A DNA stretch of 64,000 bases from Desulfobacterales bacterium (GTDB lineage: Bacteria; Desulfobacterota; Desulfobacteria; Desulfobacterales; UBA5616), in the NCBI GenBank assembly GCA_046483495.1, contig JAWODC010000092.1:32001-96000 (forward strand), read 5' to 3'. Of this stretch, positions 19,025-28,767 are shown in pieces. The notes under the pieces were generated by a model that saw only the letters and a program-made list of their open reading frames with translations, ran no database searches and was not told the DNA's origin. A program made the translations under genes and the position numbers. Position 1 is the first letter of the stretch, and every line of letters begins with the position of its first letter.

Positions 19025-19915
19025 ATGCGGATTGTCACCAGACCGGATTTTGACGGAGTAGTATGTGCTGTTTTGCTGAAGGATGTCCTTCCCATCGACC
19101 AGCCGATAAAGTGGGTCGAACCCAGCGATATGCAAAAGCAATTGGTGGAAGTGGTTTCCGGAGATGTCATCGCCAATTTGCCTTACAGCAGCTCATGTTC
19201 CTTGTGGTTCGACCATCATTATTCCAACCGGCCGACACATGATTTTAAAGGATCCTTCCAACTCGCCCCCTCCGCTGCCCGGGTTATTTTCGATTACTAC
19301 GGCGGCCGGTTCCAAAAGGACTACACCGAACTGGTGAGCCGGGCGGATAAGATCGATGCGGCCGATTTGAATAAAGATGAGGTAGCCCATCCCGAAAAAT
19401 ATCCCTATATTCTTCTTTCCATGACGATTTCGGGCAGGGAGGATTATGATGAGGCCTACTGGAACCGGCTGGTCGATTTCATGGGTGCCGCCCGTATCGA
19501 CGAGGTCATGGCCGATCCGGTGGTCTCCGCAAAGTGCGCCAATGTGCTTTTACAGAATGCCCGATACAAAACACTTCTCGAAGAAAACACCCGTGTCGAG
19601 GGCCATGTGGCAATCAGCGATTTTAGAAATCGGGACGAAATCCCGGCAGGAAACCGCTTTCTCGGCTACTGCATGTTCCCGCAGACGGTGGTTCATGTGA
19701 AGATCCGTTATGATAACAAATATGATAACAAATTGGTCGTCTCCGTCGGGCACAGTATTTTCAACCGTAATTGTCAAGTGAATGTCGGAAAGATGCTGTC
19801 ACGGTTCGAGGGCGGAGGGCACGAAAAAGCCGGTTCGTGCACGTTTGACGCAGAAAAAGCGGATGACTATATCCCACGCATAATTGACATTCTCAAGGAA
19901 AACAAGGCGCTCTAG
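19025..19915 (+). CDS. DHH-family phosphoesterase (exopolyphosphatase/NrnA-like)
   Basis: DFDG, FDHH and GGGH motifs. Confidence 0.85.
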   Translation: MRIVTRPDFDGVVCAVLLKDVLPIDQPIKWVEPSDMQKQLVEVVSGDVIANLPYSSSCSLWFDHHYSNRPTHDFKGSFQLAPSAARVIFDYYGGRFQKDYTELVSRADKIDAADLNKDEVAHPEKYPYILLSMTISGREDYDEAYWNRLVDFMGAARIDEVMADPVVSAKCANVLLQNARYKTLLEENTRVEGHVAISDFRNRDEIPAGNRFLGYCMFPQTVVHVKIRYDNKYDNKLVVSVGHSIFNRNCQVNVGKMLSRFEGGGHEKAGSCTFDAEKADDYIPRIIDILKENKAL

Positions 19916-19927
19916 CAAAAAGTCGCA

Positions 19928-21262
19928 TCAGGCGGAGCAAAGTTTCTTCAGCTTTCGAAGTTCATCCCACGAAAATGAATCTTTTCGACAGGGAAAAACC
20001 GAATTGTTGGTGAACACAGGATCCGATTCGATATCATACCGCGAACTTGCAACGGCTTTTTCCCAAAGTGCCGTATGGGGAATAGGGGTGTAATAGGCCA
20101 AAACAGGCGTTAATCCCTGGGATTTTACCAGCAGAACGGCATCTTGGATTTCCTTCAGGGACTGTCCCGGCAGCCCCGCAAGCAGGTATGCACCCACCTG
20201 ATCTTTTCGAAATCCGGCGGACCTCAAATTAAAAGCGGCCTGCAGAAATTCGCTTTGCGTGACTTTGGCGTCCAAATTTCCGGCACCAAATGAGCCCGTC
20301 TCCAGACCCAGGCGTATCGTATGAAACCCGGCAGCCGCCATCAGATCCGCTATTTCACGGGTAATGCCGGCAATGTGAAGGGCATTCGGCGTGTGGAAGC
20401 GAACCCGGATATCGGATCTTATCACCGACTCCAGCAAGGGTACGATGTGGTCATCCGGATTCACAAGCAGTGCATCGTCATAAAAAACAAAATCCACCAC
20501 ATCGTGCTTTCGATGCCAATACATGATTTCATCACACACATTTTCCGGGCTGCGGCGCATCAATTTAGGATTCAAGAAGCGTGAAGCGCAGTAGGCACAA
20601 TTGAAAGGGCAGCCAAAGGAGGTCATAAGAGGAATATAGGCAATCCTGGTCTGAAGGTCGAATGCCGGCTTCGGGAACGTATCCGGATCATCCGGGTCGA
20701 ATGTTACGGCCGGGGTGTAACCGGTGAATGCATCGACAAGATCGAACAGCATATGGACCCCCGAACCCGGAATAACGGCATCCGCGCCGGAATTTCTCCT
20801 TGCGTGTTCTTCACACAGGGTCGTGTATACTCCTCCGAGCACAACCGGCACATCCGGAAACGCCGATTTGATCATGCGGATGGTTTCGTTGACGCCTGTG
20901 TGCCAGTAAGTCATCAATGAGGTGACCAGAATCAGGTCCGGTCGCGGGATGCGGTTCATGTCCTCCAAAAACCACGAGGGCTTAATGCCGTACCGGGAGT
21001 ACGTTCTCGGAATATCGGCGAAACCCGCCGGTTTTGCAATCGGGGTTTTCCGGTAAGGACCCCGGCCGCAGCGTTTTTTATCGTCTTTTAAACGTGACTT
21101 TTGATGGAACCTGTCCAGGCAGTCAACATAGGAGATGCGGACATCGTGCCGACGCAGCAGTCCTCCCAACAAAAGCAGCCCCATGGGCTTTGCCCAGAAG
21201 TCGTAGGCGGCAAAATCGTGGATCCACGGATTGACCAGCAGAATATGGGGCGCATGGTCCAT
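19928..21262 (-). CDS. B12-binding domain radical SAM protein
   Basis: CPFNCAYC motif; N-terminal cobalamin-binding region (TSLMTYW...VVLGGVY). Confidence 0.9.
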   Translation of the reverse strand: MDHAPHILLVNPWIHDFAAYDFWAKPMGLLLLGGLLRRHDVRISYVDCLDRFHQKSRLKDDKKRCGRGPYRKTPIAKPAGFADIPRTYSRYGIKPSWFLEDMNRIPRPDLILVTSLMTYWHTGVNETIRMIKSAFPDVPVVLGGVYTTLCEEHARRNSGADAVIPGSGVHMLFDLVDAFTGYTPAVTFDPDDPDTFPKPAFDLQTRIAYIPLMTSFGCPFNCAYCASRFLNPKLMRRSPENVCDEIMYWHRKHDVVDFVFYDDALLVNPDDHIVPLLESVIRSDIRVRFHTPNALHIAGITREIADLMAAAGFHTIRLGLETGSFGAGNLDAKVTQSEFLQAAFNLRSAGFRKDQVGAYLLAGLPGQSLKEIQDAVLLVKSQGLTPVLAYYTPIPHTALWEKAVASSRYDIESDPVFTNNSVFPCRKDSFSWDELRKLKKLCSA

Positions 21263-21273
21263 TTAAAGCCCTT

Positions 21274-21762
21274 TTAATCTTCCTCCACGTCGTTTGTGGA
21301 GAAATATGCCATCGATGTTTTTTTCAATTCTTTGAGGCTGAAGAGCACGGTGAATCGATCGACACGGGCTTTTCGGGACATTTCCCGGGCTGTTCTCAGG
21401 CAGGATTGCTTATCTGCGGCGTGTATCATCGTATAGAGGTTGTAGGGCCATCGGTCACCGGGATCTCTCCGGTAGCAGTGGGACACTTCCGCAAATGATG
21501 TCATGATGGTGCCGACGTCATCGATACGATCTTCGTCCACACACCAGGCTACCATGGCATTTGCATTGAAGCCGGACTTCTGATGGCGAAGCGTTGCACC
21601 GAACCGTCGGATTATTCCGCGGCTGCAAAGTCTTTCCAGTGTTTCAATAAACGTTTCCTCGTCAATGCCGATTTCGGCGGCAAGTTGACGAAAAGGCCGT
21701 GTCGTCAGCGGAATATCCGCTTGTACGGCGGCGGCTACTTTTTTTTCCAGATCCGTCAGCAT
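21274..21762 (-). CDS. ahbB: Siroheme decarboxylase beta subunit (Lrp/AsnC-like)
   Basis: IIRRFGATLRHQKSG, NAMVAW, VSHCYRR, WPYNLYTMIHA and ELKKTSM motifs. Confidence 0.9.
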   Translation of the reverse strand: MLTDLEKKVAAAVQADIPLTTRPFRQLAAEIGIDEETFIETLERLCSRGIIRRFGATLRHQKSGFNANAMVAWCVDEDRIDDVGTIMTSFAEVSHCYRRDPGDRWPYNLYTMIHAADKQSCLRTAREMSRKARVDRFTVLFSLKELKKTSMAYFSTNDVEED

Positions 21763-21763
21763 G

Positions 21764-22930
21764 TTACCTTTTTTTCATCCTGTTTAAATTCTGCGAAGCA
21801 TCGGCACGCGTGCCGTGATTGGCGGAAATGTTCCGTTTCTCGGGAAACAGCCGGAGAATATCCGCTTTCCCGGCACTGCAGACGCCCCGTTCGGTGATGA
21901 AACCGGTTACAAGTCGTGCCGGTGTGACATCGAAAGCATAATTCATGGCGGGACTTTCGTTCGGCATAACGAGAACGTTTCGAATCTTGCCGTCATCCAG
22001 CCCCTGGACATAACGAACCTCGTCGGGATCCCGTGTTTCGATATGTATGTGTGCCCGGCCGTCGGTCATGGTCCAGTCGAACGTGCTGGAAGGCAGCGCC
22101 ACATAAAAAGGGATTTCGTTGTCTTTTGCCGCCAACGCTTTCAAATACGTTCCGATTTTATTGGCTACATCCCCGGTGTGGGTTGTTCTGTCCGTACCTA
22201 CAAGGACCAGATCCACCAGCTTGTGCTGCATGAGGTGGCCGCCCGTGTTGTCACAGATGACGGTATGCGGCACCCCGCTTTTGCCCAACTCCCATGCGGT
22301 TAACCGGGCGCCCTGGTTTAACGGGCGGGTTTCATCCACCCAGACATGAACCTTGATGCCTGCATTGTGGGCGGCATAGATGGGGGCGGTCGCCGTTCCG
22401 TATTGAACACAGGCAAGCCAACCGGCATTGCAGTGGGTCAGGATATTTACGGTTCCGCCCTGCTTTTGTCTGGCGATTTTCTTCAGAATCGGCAATCCAT
22501 GTTCCCCGATTTTTCTGCAGTTTTCGATTTCCTGCTGCTCTATTCGTTTGGCCTGTTCAAAAGCGCGCTTTGCGTTATCTTCTTCATCCATCAGCGGCAA
22601 AACGCCGGATAATACGGCATCCACCGCCCAGGCGAGGTTGACGGCCGTCGGTCGGACCGATGTTATCCGTGAGCATTCATGCAGCAGATCATCCGCAGTC
22701 GTTTTTTCCGCTCGGGCGTTTTTAAGCGCGAGGTACACACCATAAGCGCCTGTGACGCCGATAAGCGGCGCTCCGCGCACGGCCATTTCAGCGATCGCCG
22801 TTATCACATCATCAACCGTTTCGAGCGTGAGGATGTGGACTTCATGGGGAAGGTGCCGTTGATCGATAATATGAATGCTTTGTGTCGTGCTGTCAGTCCA
22901 GATCGGCTGAAGATTGTTCGTGTCCATCAT
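21764..22930 (-). CDS. mtnA: S-methyl-5-thioribose-1-phosphate isomerase
   Basis: VRGAPLIG, RPTAVNL, THCNAG, DETRP..QG.RLT, NKIGT and AFDVTP motifs. Confidence 0.95.
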   Translation of the reverse strand: MMDTNNLQPIWTDSTTQSIHIIDQRHLPHEVHILTLETVDDVITAIAEMAVRGAPLIGVTGAYGVYLALKNARAEKTTADDLLHECSRITSVRPTAVNLAWAVDAVLSGVLPLMDEEDNAKRAFEQAKRIEQQEIENCRKIGEHGLPILKKIARQKQGGTVNILTHCNAGWLACVQYGTATAPIYAAHNAGIKVHVWVDETRPLNQGARLTAWELGKSGVPHTVICDNTGGHLMQHKLVDLVLVGTDRTTHTGDVANKIGTYLKALAAKDNEIPFYVALPSSTFDWTMTDGRAHIHIETRDPDEVRYVQGLDDGKIRNVLVMPNESPAMNYAFDVTPARLVTGFITERGVCSAGKADILRLFPEKRNISANHGTRADASQNLNRMKKR

Positions 22931-23342
22931 GTTCTCGTGATTTACCGGTTTAATGGCAGCGTCGATTCTGTCCGACAAAGGTCTGCCACGGGCGCCATCC
23001 TTTCTTTCACGTATTATAAGGGATGTCTCTTCTTGACAATACCTTTTTAAAACCTTCTTTGGTTTCCTTTGAATCCCGTGTTTTCATCCTTGCCTTGCGA
23101 CCGCCTCGGCGAGTCGCAAGGCTTCTTGCGGCGGCCATCCGGGTGCACGGCGGCAAAAGGCCGTGACCCGATATCAGCAGGTTGAGCTTTTGGCTTGACA
23201 GGACAAGGTAAACAGCTTTACGTATTATGTATAATTTCAATTCCGGGTTTGTGATCGACGCGATTCGGGCGTTTTGATTTCCGAATGAGCCCAAACGCAT
23301 TCCTTTCAAGCTCCGATCATCCTATACACGGAAAGAATCATA

Positions 23343-23834
23343 ATGAAACTGAAGCGCTTGGTGCTGTTCTGCTTGGCAATTGTGTTGCTGTGCGCCTGCC
23401 GGGCTCAAGGTGGGGGCGACAACCATCTGCTGGGGTTAGGGATGGGATCGATCGGCGTTTTGGATCATACAAAGGTGTTGTTCGGAAGCCTGGAATACCG
23501 GCCGAATATCCAGTTTTACAAATTCAAGCCCTGGTTCAGCCTGGAAGCAGGACACCACCTGTTTTACCTGTCCACGGGCGTCTTGATCGATTTCAGGCTG
23601 TCCCGGCGCCTTCTCTTTACGCCCGGCTTTGGAGCCGGGGTGTATACCGATGACCGGGAGATAGACTTGGGGCATATGCTCGAGTTCCAGTCCAGTGCTG
23701 AAATCAGCTACCGGTTCGATAATGCCGCAAGACTCGCCCTCTGCTACGGACATATATCGAATGCCGGCATCGACACAAACAATCCGGGAACGGAAATGCT
23801 TAAAATTTCGTATTTCGTACCGTTTGGAAAATAA
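23343..23834 (+). CDS. PagL-like lipid A 3-O-deacylase / acyloxyacyl hydrolase
   Basis: Small beta-barrel pattern with HISNAG..NPG catalytic motif and signal peptide. Confidence 0.8.
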   Translation: MKLKRLVLFCLAIVLLCACRAQGGGDNHLLGLGMGSIGVLDHTKVLFGSLEYRPNIQFYKFKPWFSLEAGHHLFYLSTGVLIDFRLSRRLLFTPGFGAGVYTDDREIDLGHMLEFQSSAEISYRFDNAARLALCYGHISNAGIDTNNPGTEMLKISYFVPFGK

Positions 23835-23853
23835 GAACCGAAACCACAGCGTT

Positions 23854-24864
23854 TTATTGAACCCAATTCACATCGAATATCCGGTAGTCAAGCAGATAGT
23901 CTTTTCCGGGAAAGAGATTCAGCTTCGATGCTTCTTCGGATGTAACGTGCATCGTCAGGCTCAAATCGCCGGCCGTAAACGTTGCTGAAATGTTGCCTGT
24001 CCGCCGGCTCAGGGCCATACGGCAGAGTGTTCCTGAAAATCGATGGCTTTCCGTTTTTTCGGTGATTCGATCGGTTGGAGAAACGATGTTCGGCCGGAGC
24101 AGGGCGATTGCTTTTCGGTCTGGTGGCGGTGGCACGATGATGATCTGCCGGTCATCCACTGATTTTCCCCACATGCCGTTTTTCAGACTGCGCCAGGGCC
24201 CCTCGACGATGCTTCCCTGTTCAGCCGCAAAGAGCCTTCCTTTATGCATATGAAGAACCGTATCGCATATCTCATGCAGCCACTGCTGATCATGACTGGC
24301 GACGACAAGGGTGGTCCCCCATTCTTCCCGGGCCCGCAGAGCCGCCTTTTTGATTAACACGGCGCTATGGGCGTCAACATTGGCCGTGGGTTCATCCAAT
24401 AGAAGGATTTGGGGTTCCAGCACCAGCCGTGCGGCCAATGCGACGCGCTGGGTTTCACCGCCGGAGAGTTCGCTGAAATGTCGATGTGAGAAATCTCCGG
24501 GAGAAAGACCCACCCAGGACAAGGCACGGTAGACGTTCTTTCGTGCGTTATCCCCTTTTTTCCTGATTTTCAGCCCGTAAACGATATTATCATAAACCGA
24601 CCGCCGCATGAGATAGGGATCCTGGGTGAGAAGGGTGACTTTGAAGCGAACCCTGTCGGAGAAGGGTGTTTCCGGTCTGCCGAAAAATTGGATAACGCCT
24701 TGTGATGGCTTCTTCATGAAGGCCAAAAGCATGAGCAGGGTGGTTTTGCCGCTGCCGTTGGGTCCGGCCAAACCGGTGATGGTACCTTTTTCGATGGTCA
24801 GGTCTTCAATCCGGAGAACCGTTTTTCTGTGGTACCGGTGTTCGAGATGCTGGATATGATACAT
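23854..24864 (-). CDS. tupC: Tungstate ABC transporter ATPase
   Basis: GPNGSGKT, LSGGE and LLDEPT motifs; operon context. Confidence 0.88.
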   Translation of the reverse strand: MYHIQHLEHRYHRKTVLRIEDLTIEKGTITGLAGPNGSGKTTLLMLLAFMKKPSQGVIQFFGRPETPFSDRVRFKVTLLTQDPYLMRRSVYDNIVYGLKIRKKGDNARKNVYRALSWVGLSPGDFSHRHFSELSGGETQRVALAARLVLEPQILLLDEPTANVDAHSAVLIKKAALRAREEWGTTLVVASHDQQWLHEICDTVLHMHKGRLFAAEQGSIVEGPWRSLKNGMWGKSVDDRQIIIVPPPPDRKAIALLRPNIVSPTDRITEKTESHRFSGTLCRMALSRRTGNISATFTAGDLSLTMHVTSEEASKLNLFPGKDYLLDYRIFDVNWVQ

Positions 24865-24888
24865 GGTTTTTTTTCTCTATAACACCCG

Positions 24889-25575
24889 TCATTTCCGGCG
24901 AAAAAGAGACAGCATGGCACTGACGATAAACGCAATCATCAGCAATACGATCCCCAGTGCGATTCCCATGGCGAACTGCCCCTTGTTGGTTTCAAGGGCG
25001 ATCGCAGTTGTGATGGTCCGTGTATGCCATTTGATGTTTCCTCCCACCATCATCGAAATGCCGACTTCCGTGAGAACCCTGCCATAGGCGGTGATCGCTG
25101 CGGCGAATATGCCGTAGCGAACTTCCCATAAACTGCTCTGTATCAACTGGCGACGGTTTACCCCTAACGACATCAATGTGGCGCGCAACGGGTAATCCAT
25201 GCCTTCCACGGCTGTTGCACAGAGCGCTATAATGATCGGCAGGGCCAGAATGGCTTGTCCAACGGCAATGCCGGGAAGTGTGAACAGCAGATTCAAGTCC
25301 CCCAACGGCCCTCGTTGCGACAAAAATGCATACACCATGAGTCCGATAAACACGGTGGGAAGAGCCAGCAATGTATCCACAATTGTGCGGACATGCCGTT
25401 TTCCGGGAAAGTCGAAGTAACCCAGCAGAAAGCCCAATGGAATTCCGGCAACGAGGCTGATGAGCATTGAATATGACGTTACTTCGAGTGACGCTGCTAT
25501 GGCGGAATACGTTTCCGGGTCCCCCAAAAACAGCAGGTGGAAGGCCCCGGCAATTCCATTTAATATAAAGTCCAT
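24889..25575 (-). CDS. tupB: Tungstate ABC transporter permease
   Basis: EVGISMMVGGNIKWHTRTITTAIALET motif. Confidence 0.92.
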   Translation of the reverse strand: MDFILNGIAGAFHLLFLGDPETYSAIAASLEVTSYSMLISLVAGIPLGFLLGYFDFPGKRHVRTIVDTLLALPTVFIGLMVYAFLSQRGPLGDLNLLFTLPGIAVGQAILALPIIIALCATAVEGMDYPLRATLMSLGVNRRQLIQSSLWEVRYGIFAAAITAYGRVLTEVGISMMVGGNIKWHTRTITTAIALETNKGQFAMGIALGIVLLMIAFIVSAMLSLFRRK

Positions 25576-25592
25576 CGGGAATCACCGATCTG

Positions 25593-26447
25593 TTATTTGC
25601 AGGTGCCGTTGGTACGTGCATTAGGGATGTACAACTGTTTTCCTGAAATTTTGAAATCCCCGATGAGTTGCTGAGCCGTGTCCCCCGCAAGCCAATCGGC
25701 AAGCGATCGGGCTTCATCGGCTTTTACATTCGGGCAGTGATCGGGATGAACCGGAATGATGCTGTATTGATTGTTCAGCAGGGGATCTTTTTCCACTAAA
25801 ATCTGTAATGTCTGATCGGCGCTTTTTTGATTCCGGTATTTGATATAAGTGCCGCGGTCGGAGAGGGTGTACCCGTTTTGCTCATCGGCGATTCGGATGG
25901 TGGACAGCATTCCCTGTCCGGTTTCGAGGCGCCATTCGGTTCTTTCGGGAATCGTTGCACCCGCCAAACGCCACAGTTTAAGCTCCTTTTTGTGGGTTCC
26001 GGAATTGTCCCCCCTGCTGATAAACAATGCCTTTTGCCGGTACAGCGTTTTCATGGCCTCTTCGACCGGATTGCCGGCAATTCCGGCAGGATCGGAGGAC
26101 GGCCCGATGATGACGAAATCATTGTACATGATGTGACGGCGGAAAATGCCGTAGCCGTCGGAAACAAATTTCATTTCAGCTTCCGGTGCGTGAACCAGCA
26201 GGACGTCGACATCGCAGTTTTCACCCAGTTTCAGGGCTTTGCCCGTACCGGTGGCGATCCACTTTATATCGATGCCGGTTGTACGGGTAAAGTGGGGAAG
26301 CAGGTAGTCCAGAAGACCGGTATCATCGGTGCTGGTCGTTGTCGCCATCGTCAACGCCCCCTGTCCGGCAAAAAGGGGCATCCAAAGAGGGGCGAACATA
26401 AAAACGAGAAAAAAAACACACATGCCGGCATACATCGCTTTTTTCAT
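25593..26447 (-). CDS. tupA: Tungstate ABC transporter substrate-binding protein
   Basis: TTTS signature, GTGKAL and SRGDNSGTH motifs; GGAGG RBS before ATG 26447. Confidence 0.93.
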   Translation of the reverse strand: MKKAMYAGMCVFFLVFMFAPLWMPLFAGQGALTMATTTSTDDTGLLDYLLPHFTRTTGIDIKWIATGTGKALKLGENCDVDVLLVHAPEAEMKFVSDGYGIFRRHIMYNDFVIIGPSSDPAGIAGNPVEEAMKTLYRQKALFISRGDNSGTHKKELKLWRLAGATIPERTEWRLETGQGMLSTIRIADEQNGYTLSDRGTYIKYRNQKSADQTLQILVEKDPLLNNQYSIIPVHPDHCPNVKADEARSLADWLAGDTAQQLIGDFKISGKQLYIPNARTNGTCK

Positions 26448-26674
26448 TGTGAGCCTCCAAAATGCCTGGTTTTTCATCCGTTTTTCACTTTTCTCTCAAG
26501 TTAAAAAATTCTTACCGAAAATGATCGTCATTAGTCAATATAAAGATGCTCAGGTATGGATATATAACCAGAATTCGTAAAATTGACATAAAAGAAGTAA
26601 AAATGACAGATAATTCGCTTCGAGGCGTGCTTTTTGAAACCCGTCTTGGACATCGGCGGATGATCTGCCGGCCG

Positions 26675-27169
26675 TCAACCCGAGGAGAGTATGTTTTCGA
26701 TTACGTTCATGCCGTTTTCATCGATGATGCCCAACCTCATCGCCGTTTTTGGTTTCAGAAGCGCAAAATTTCCTTGCGAGGTTGCGCAAATGGTTTGGCG
26801 GCTGTCGGAAATTCTTCCTTCAACCAGGGCTTGGTTTCTGCCGGTCCGTTTTATCGGTGCGGCCCAGGCGGTGAGGGCTTCGCCGACAGAAACAGGTTTG
26901 ATGAAATCGATGGTCATGGATCTGGTCAACACGATTTTTTTCAGTACATGCAGAGCAGACCAACTCATGATTTCATCCAATATAACGGAGAGAATCCCGC
27001 CATGCACGAGTGGGCTCCATCCGCACATGAATTCAGGTACGGTTATGTGGGAAACGACGGATGTCTGATTTCCCAAAAATGTCATCTTCAGGCCGTAGGG
27101 GTTTGTCTGGGAGCATCCGAAACATTTATGGCTGTAACCTTTTGTCAGCGTTTTGTAGGCATCGGTCAT
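26675..27169 (-). CDS. PaaI/hotdog-fold thioesterase
   Basis: CFGC..NPYGL and HGG....LDE motifs. Confidence 0.88.
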   Translation of the reverse strand: MTDAYKTLTKGYSHKCFGCSQTNPYGLKMTFLGNQTSVVSHITVPEFMCGWSPLVHGGILSVILDEIMSWSALHVLKKIVLTRSMTIDFIKPVSVGEALTAWAAPIKRTGRNQALVEGRISDSRQTICATSQGNFALLKPKTAMRLGIIDENGMNVIENILSSG

Positions 27170-27220
27170 GAGCGTCCTCGAGCATGTTCAGAAACGGCAT
27201 CTTTTCGTTTTTTTTCAATA

Positions 27221-27360
27221 CGTTTCCATCCGGAAACGCTGATTCGCTCCATTTCGGTATTGGAAGGAAATGTTAATTCGAAAAAATTGACATATTCCTG
27301 CGGTTGACATTTCCCGTCACATGAACTGAATCGAATCATCTCATTTCCGGATGCACACTA
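27221..27360 (+). repeat. Degenerate copy of the ~146-bp palindromic element
   Basis: CCATCCGGAAAC..GATTCGCTCCATTTCGG..ATTCCTGCGGTT..TGAACTGAATCGAA..CATTTCCGGATGCACACTA. Confidence 0.8.
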
Positions 27361-27517
27361 ACAACAGAAAATCATTTAAATCAATTTTTTTTAGCGGCGA
27401 CTTCCCTTTAGGAGGTTGCCCAATCCGGCCGGAAGAAATTATCCATTGCCCGTAACCATTTGAAATGATATAAAGCAAAGAAGGAAACACGTTTTGTGAC
27501 ATGGAAAACAGCTTTCG

Positions 27518-27544
27518 AAAAATCCCGCTGTAAGCGGGATTTTT
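27518..27544. terminator. Intrinsic terminator-like hairpin
   Basis: AAAAATCCCGCT-GTA-AGCGGGATTTTT. Confidence 0.65.
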
Positions 27545-27549
27545 CTAAG

Positions 27550-27694
27550 TATTGTCCAGCCAGAAATGGCTGATTCGCTCCATTTCGGCGTTGGCCGGTA
27601 AATTTTAATCCTCAAGATACTCAATGTATTCCTGTGGTTAAAATTTACCGGCCGCCTTTAACGGATCGAATTTTCTCATTTCTGCTGGAGACTA
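27550..27694 (+). repeat. ~146-bp palindromic element, subfamily A
   Basis: Closely matches 18836-18982. Confidence 0.9.
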
Positions 27695-27748
27695 GGTATC
27701 GATTTTTTTCCGAAAACGGCATAAGGTGAAGAAACTGCAGGGGAAACG

Positions 27749-28723
27749 TTGAGATCGGATTCAGAACGTCTGGATAATTTATTCGAATTTTGGAAAAATA
27801 CGGCATTCGGGTTGAATTGGCCGTATGTATTTACGCTTCCGGTTTGGCTGAAAGCATGGTGGGCCGTTTTTGGAGAAAACCGCCGGACCGACATACGCAC
27901 CGTTTGGGACGGGCAGGAACTGCTCGGCATTGCCCCGCTGCAAAAAAACGGGCGTAAAGCATCATTTATTGGAAACGCCGACGTATGTGATTACCTGGAT
28001 TTTATCGTTTTGCCGCATAGGGCGGCATCCTTTTTTCACGGGTTTCTGGATGACTTGGTCTCGAGCGGTATCGATGTACTTGAATTGCGGTGTCTGCGTC
28101 CGGAATCCCATGGCATCAGCTGTTTCTTGCCGGTTCTGGAGGAGCGTTCCATTGCATTCGATCAAAAACCCGACGGCGTCTCCTTGGAAATGGAACTGCC
28201 CGCAGCATGGGATGACTACCTGGCGGGGCTTACATCGAAGCAGCGGCATGAAGTCAGACGCAAGCTCAGACGATTATACGAATCCGGTGACATTCGGTTT
28301 ATCGTATATGATAAGCCGGAAGATATTGCCGGCAACCGGGATGATTTTTTGAAGCTGTTCCGGAGAAGCCGGATGGATAAATCCGATTTCATGACCATGA
28401 AAATGGAATCCTTTTTTAAGACAGTCATGTCCGCGACTGTCGATGCGGGCCTGCTGAAAATGGCGATGCTGTATGTGAATCAGGTAAAGGCGGCGGCGCT
28501 GCTGTTTTTTGATTATAACGAAAGGATTTATCTGTATAACAGCGGATATGATCCGGAATGCGGCTCGATCAGTGTGGGGCTTCTGTCTAAGATTCTGCTC
28601 ATTCGTCATGGTATTTCCGAAAAAAAAAGGGTTTTTGATTTTTTAAGAGGAGACGAAGCTTACAAGTATCGTCTGGGAGGATGCGAAACGAGCCTCAGCA
28701 GAATCACTGTCCACTTGAAATAG
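27749..28723 (+). CDS. GNAT/Fem-like (CelD/BcsL, Acetyltransf_6-type) acyltransferase
   Basis: DYLDF, WDDYLAGL..KQRHEVRRKLRRL, LYNSGYDP and FDFLRGDEAYKYRLG motifs; TTG start uncertain. Confidence 0.8.
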   Translation: MRSDSERLDNLFEFWKNTAFGLNWPYVFTLPVWLKAWWAVFGENRRTDIRTVWDGQELLGIAPLQKNGRKASFIGNADVCDYLDFIVLPHRAASFFHGFLDDLVSSGIDVLELRCLRPESHGISCFLPVLEERSIAFDQKPDGVSLEMELPAAWDDYLAGLTSKQRHEVRRKLRRLYESGDIRFIVYDKPEDIAGNRDDFLKLFRRSRMDKSDFMTMKMESFFKTVMSATVDAGLLKMAMLYVNQVKAAALLFFDYNERIYLYNSGYDPECGSISVGLLSKILLIRHGISEKKRVFDFLRGDEAYKYRLGGCETSLSRITVHLK

Positions 28724-28767
28724 ATCATGAATGCCATGATTAAAAATAATTAAAGGATTGCACATCC

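Noticed and set aside
23092..23122. SAH/SAM riboswitch upstream of mtnA (GCCTTGCGAC...GTCGCAAGGC)
   Set aside because: A simple near-perfect hairpin; the conserved riboswitch core and pseudoknot are not evident.
26521..26610. ModE/TunR operator upstream of tupA
   Set aside because: Only half-site resemblance (TATATAAC, GTCA/TGAC); no convincing palindrome with correct spacing.
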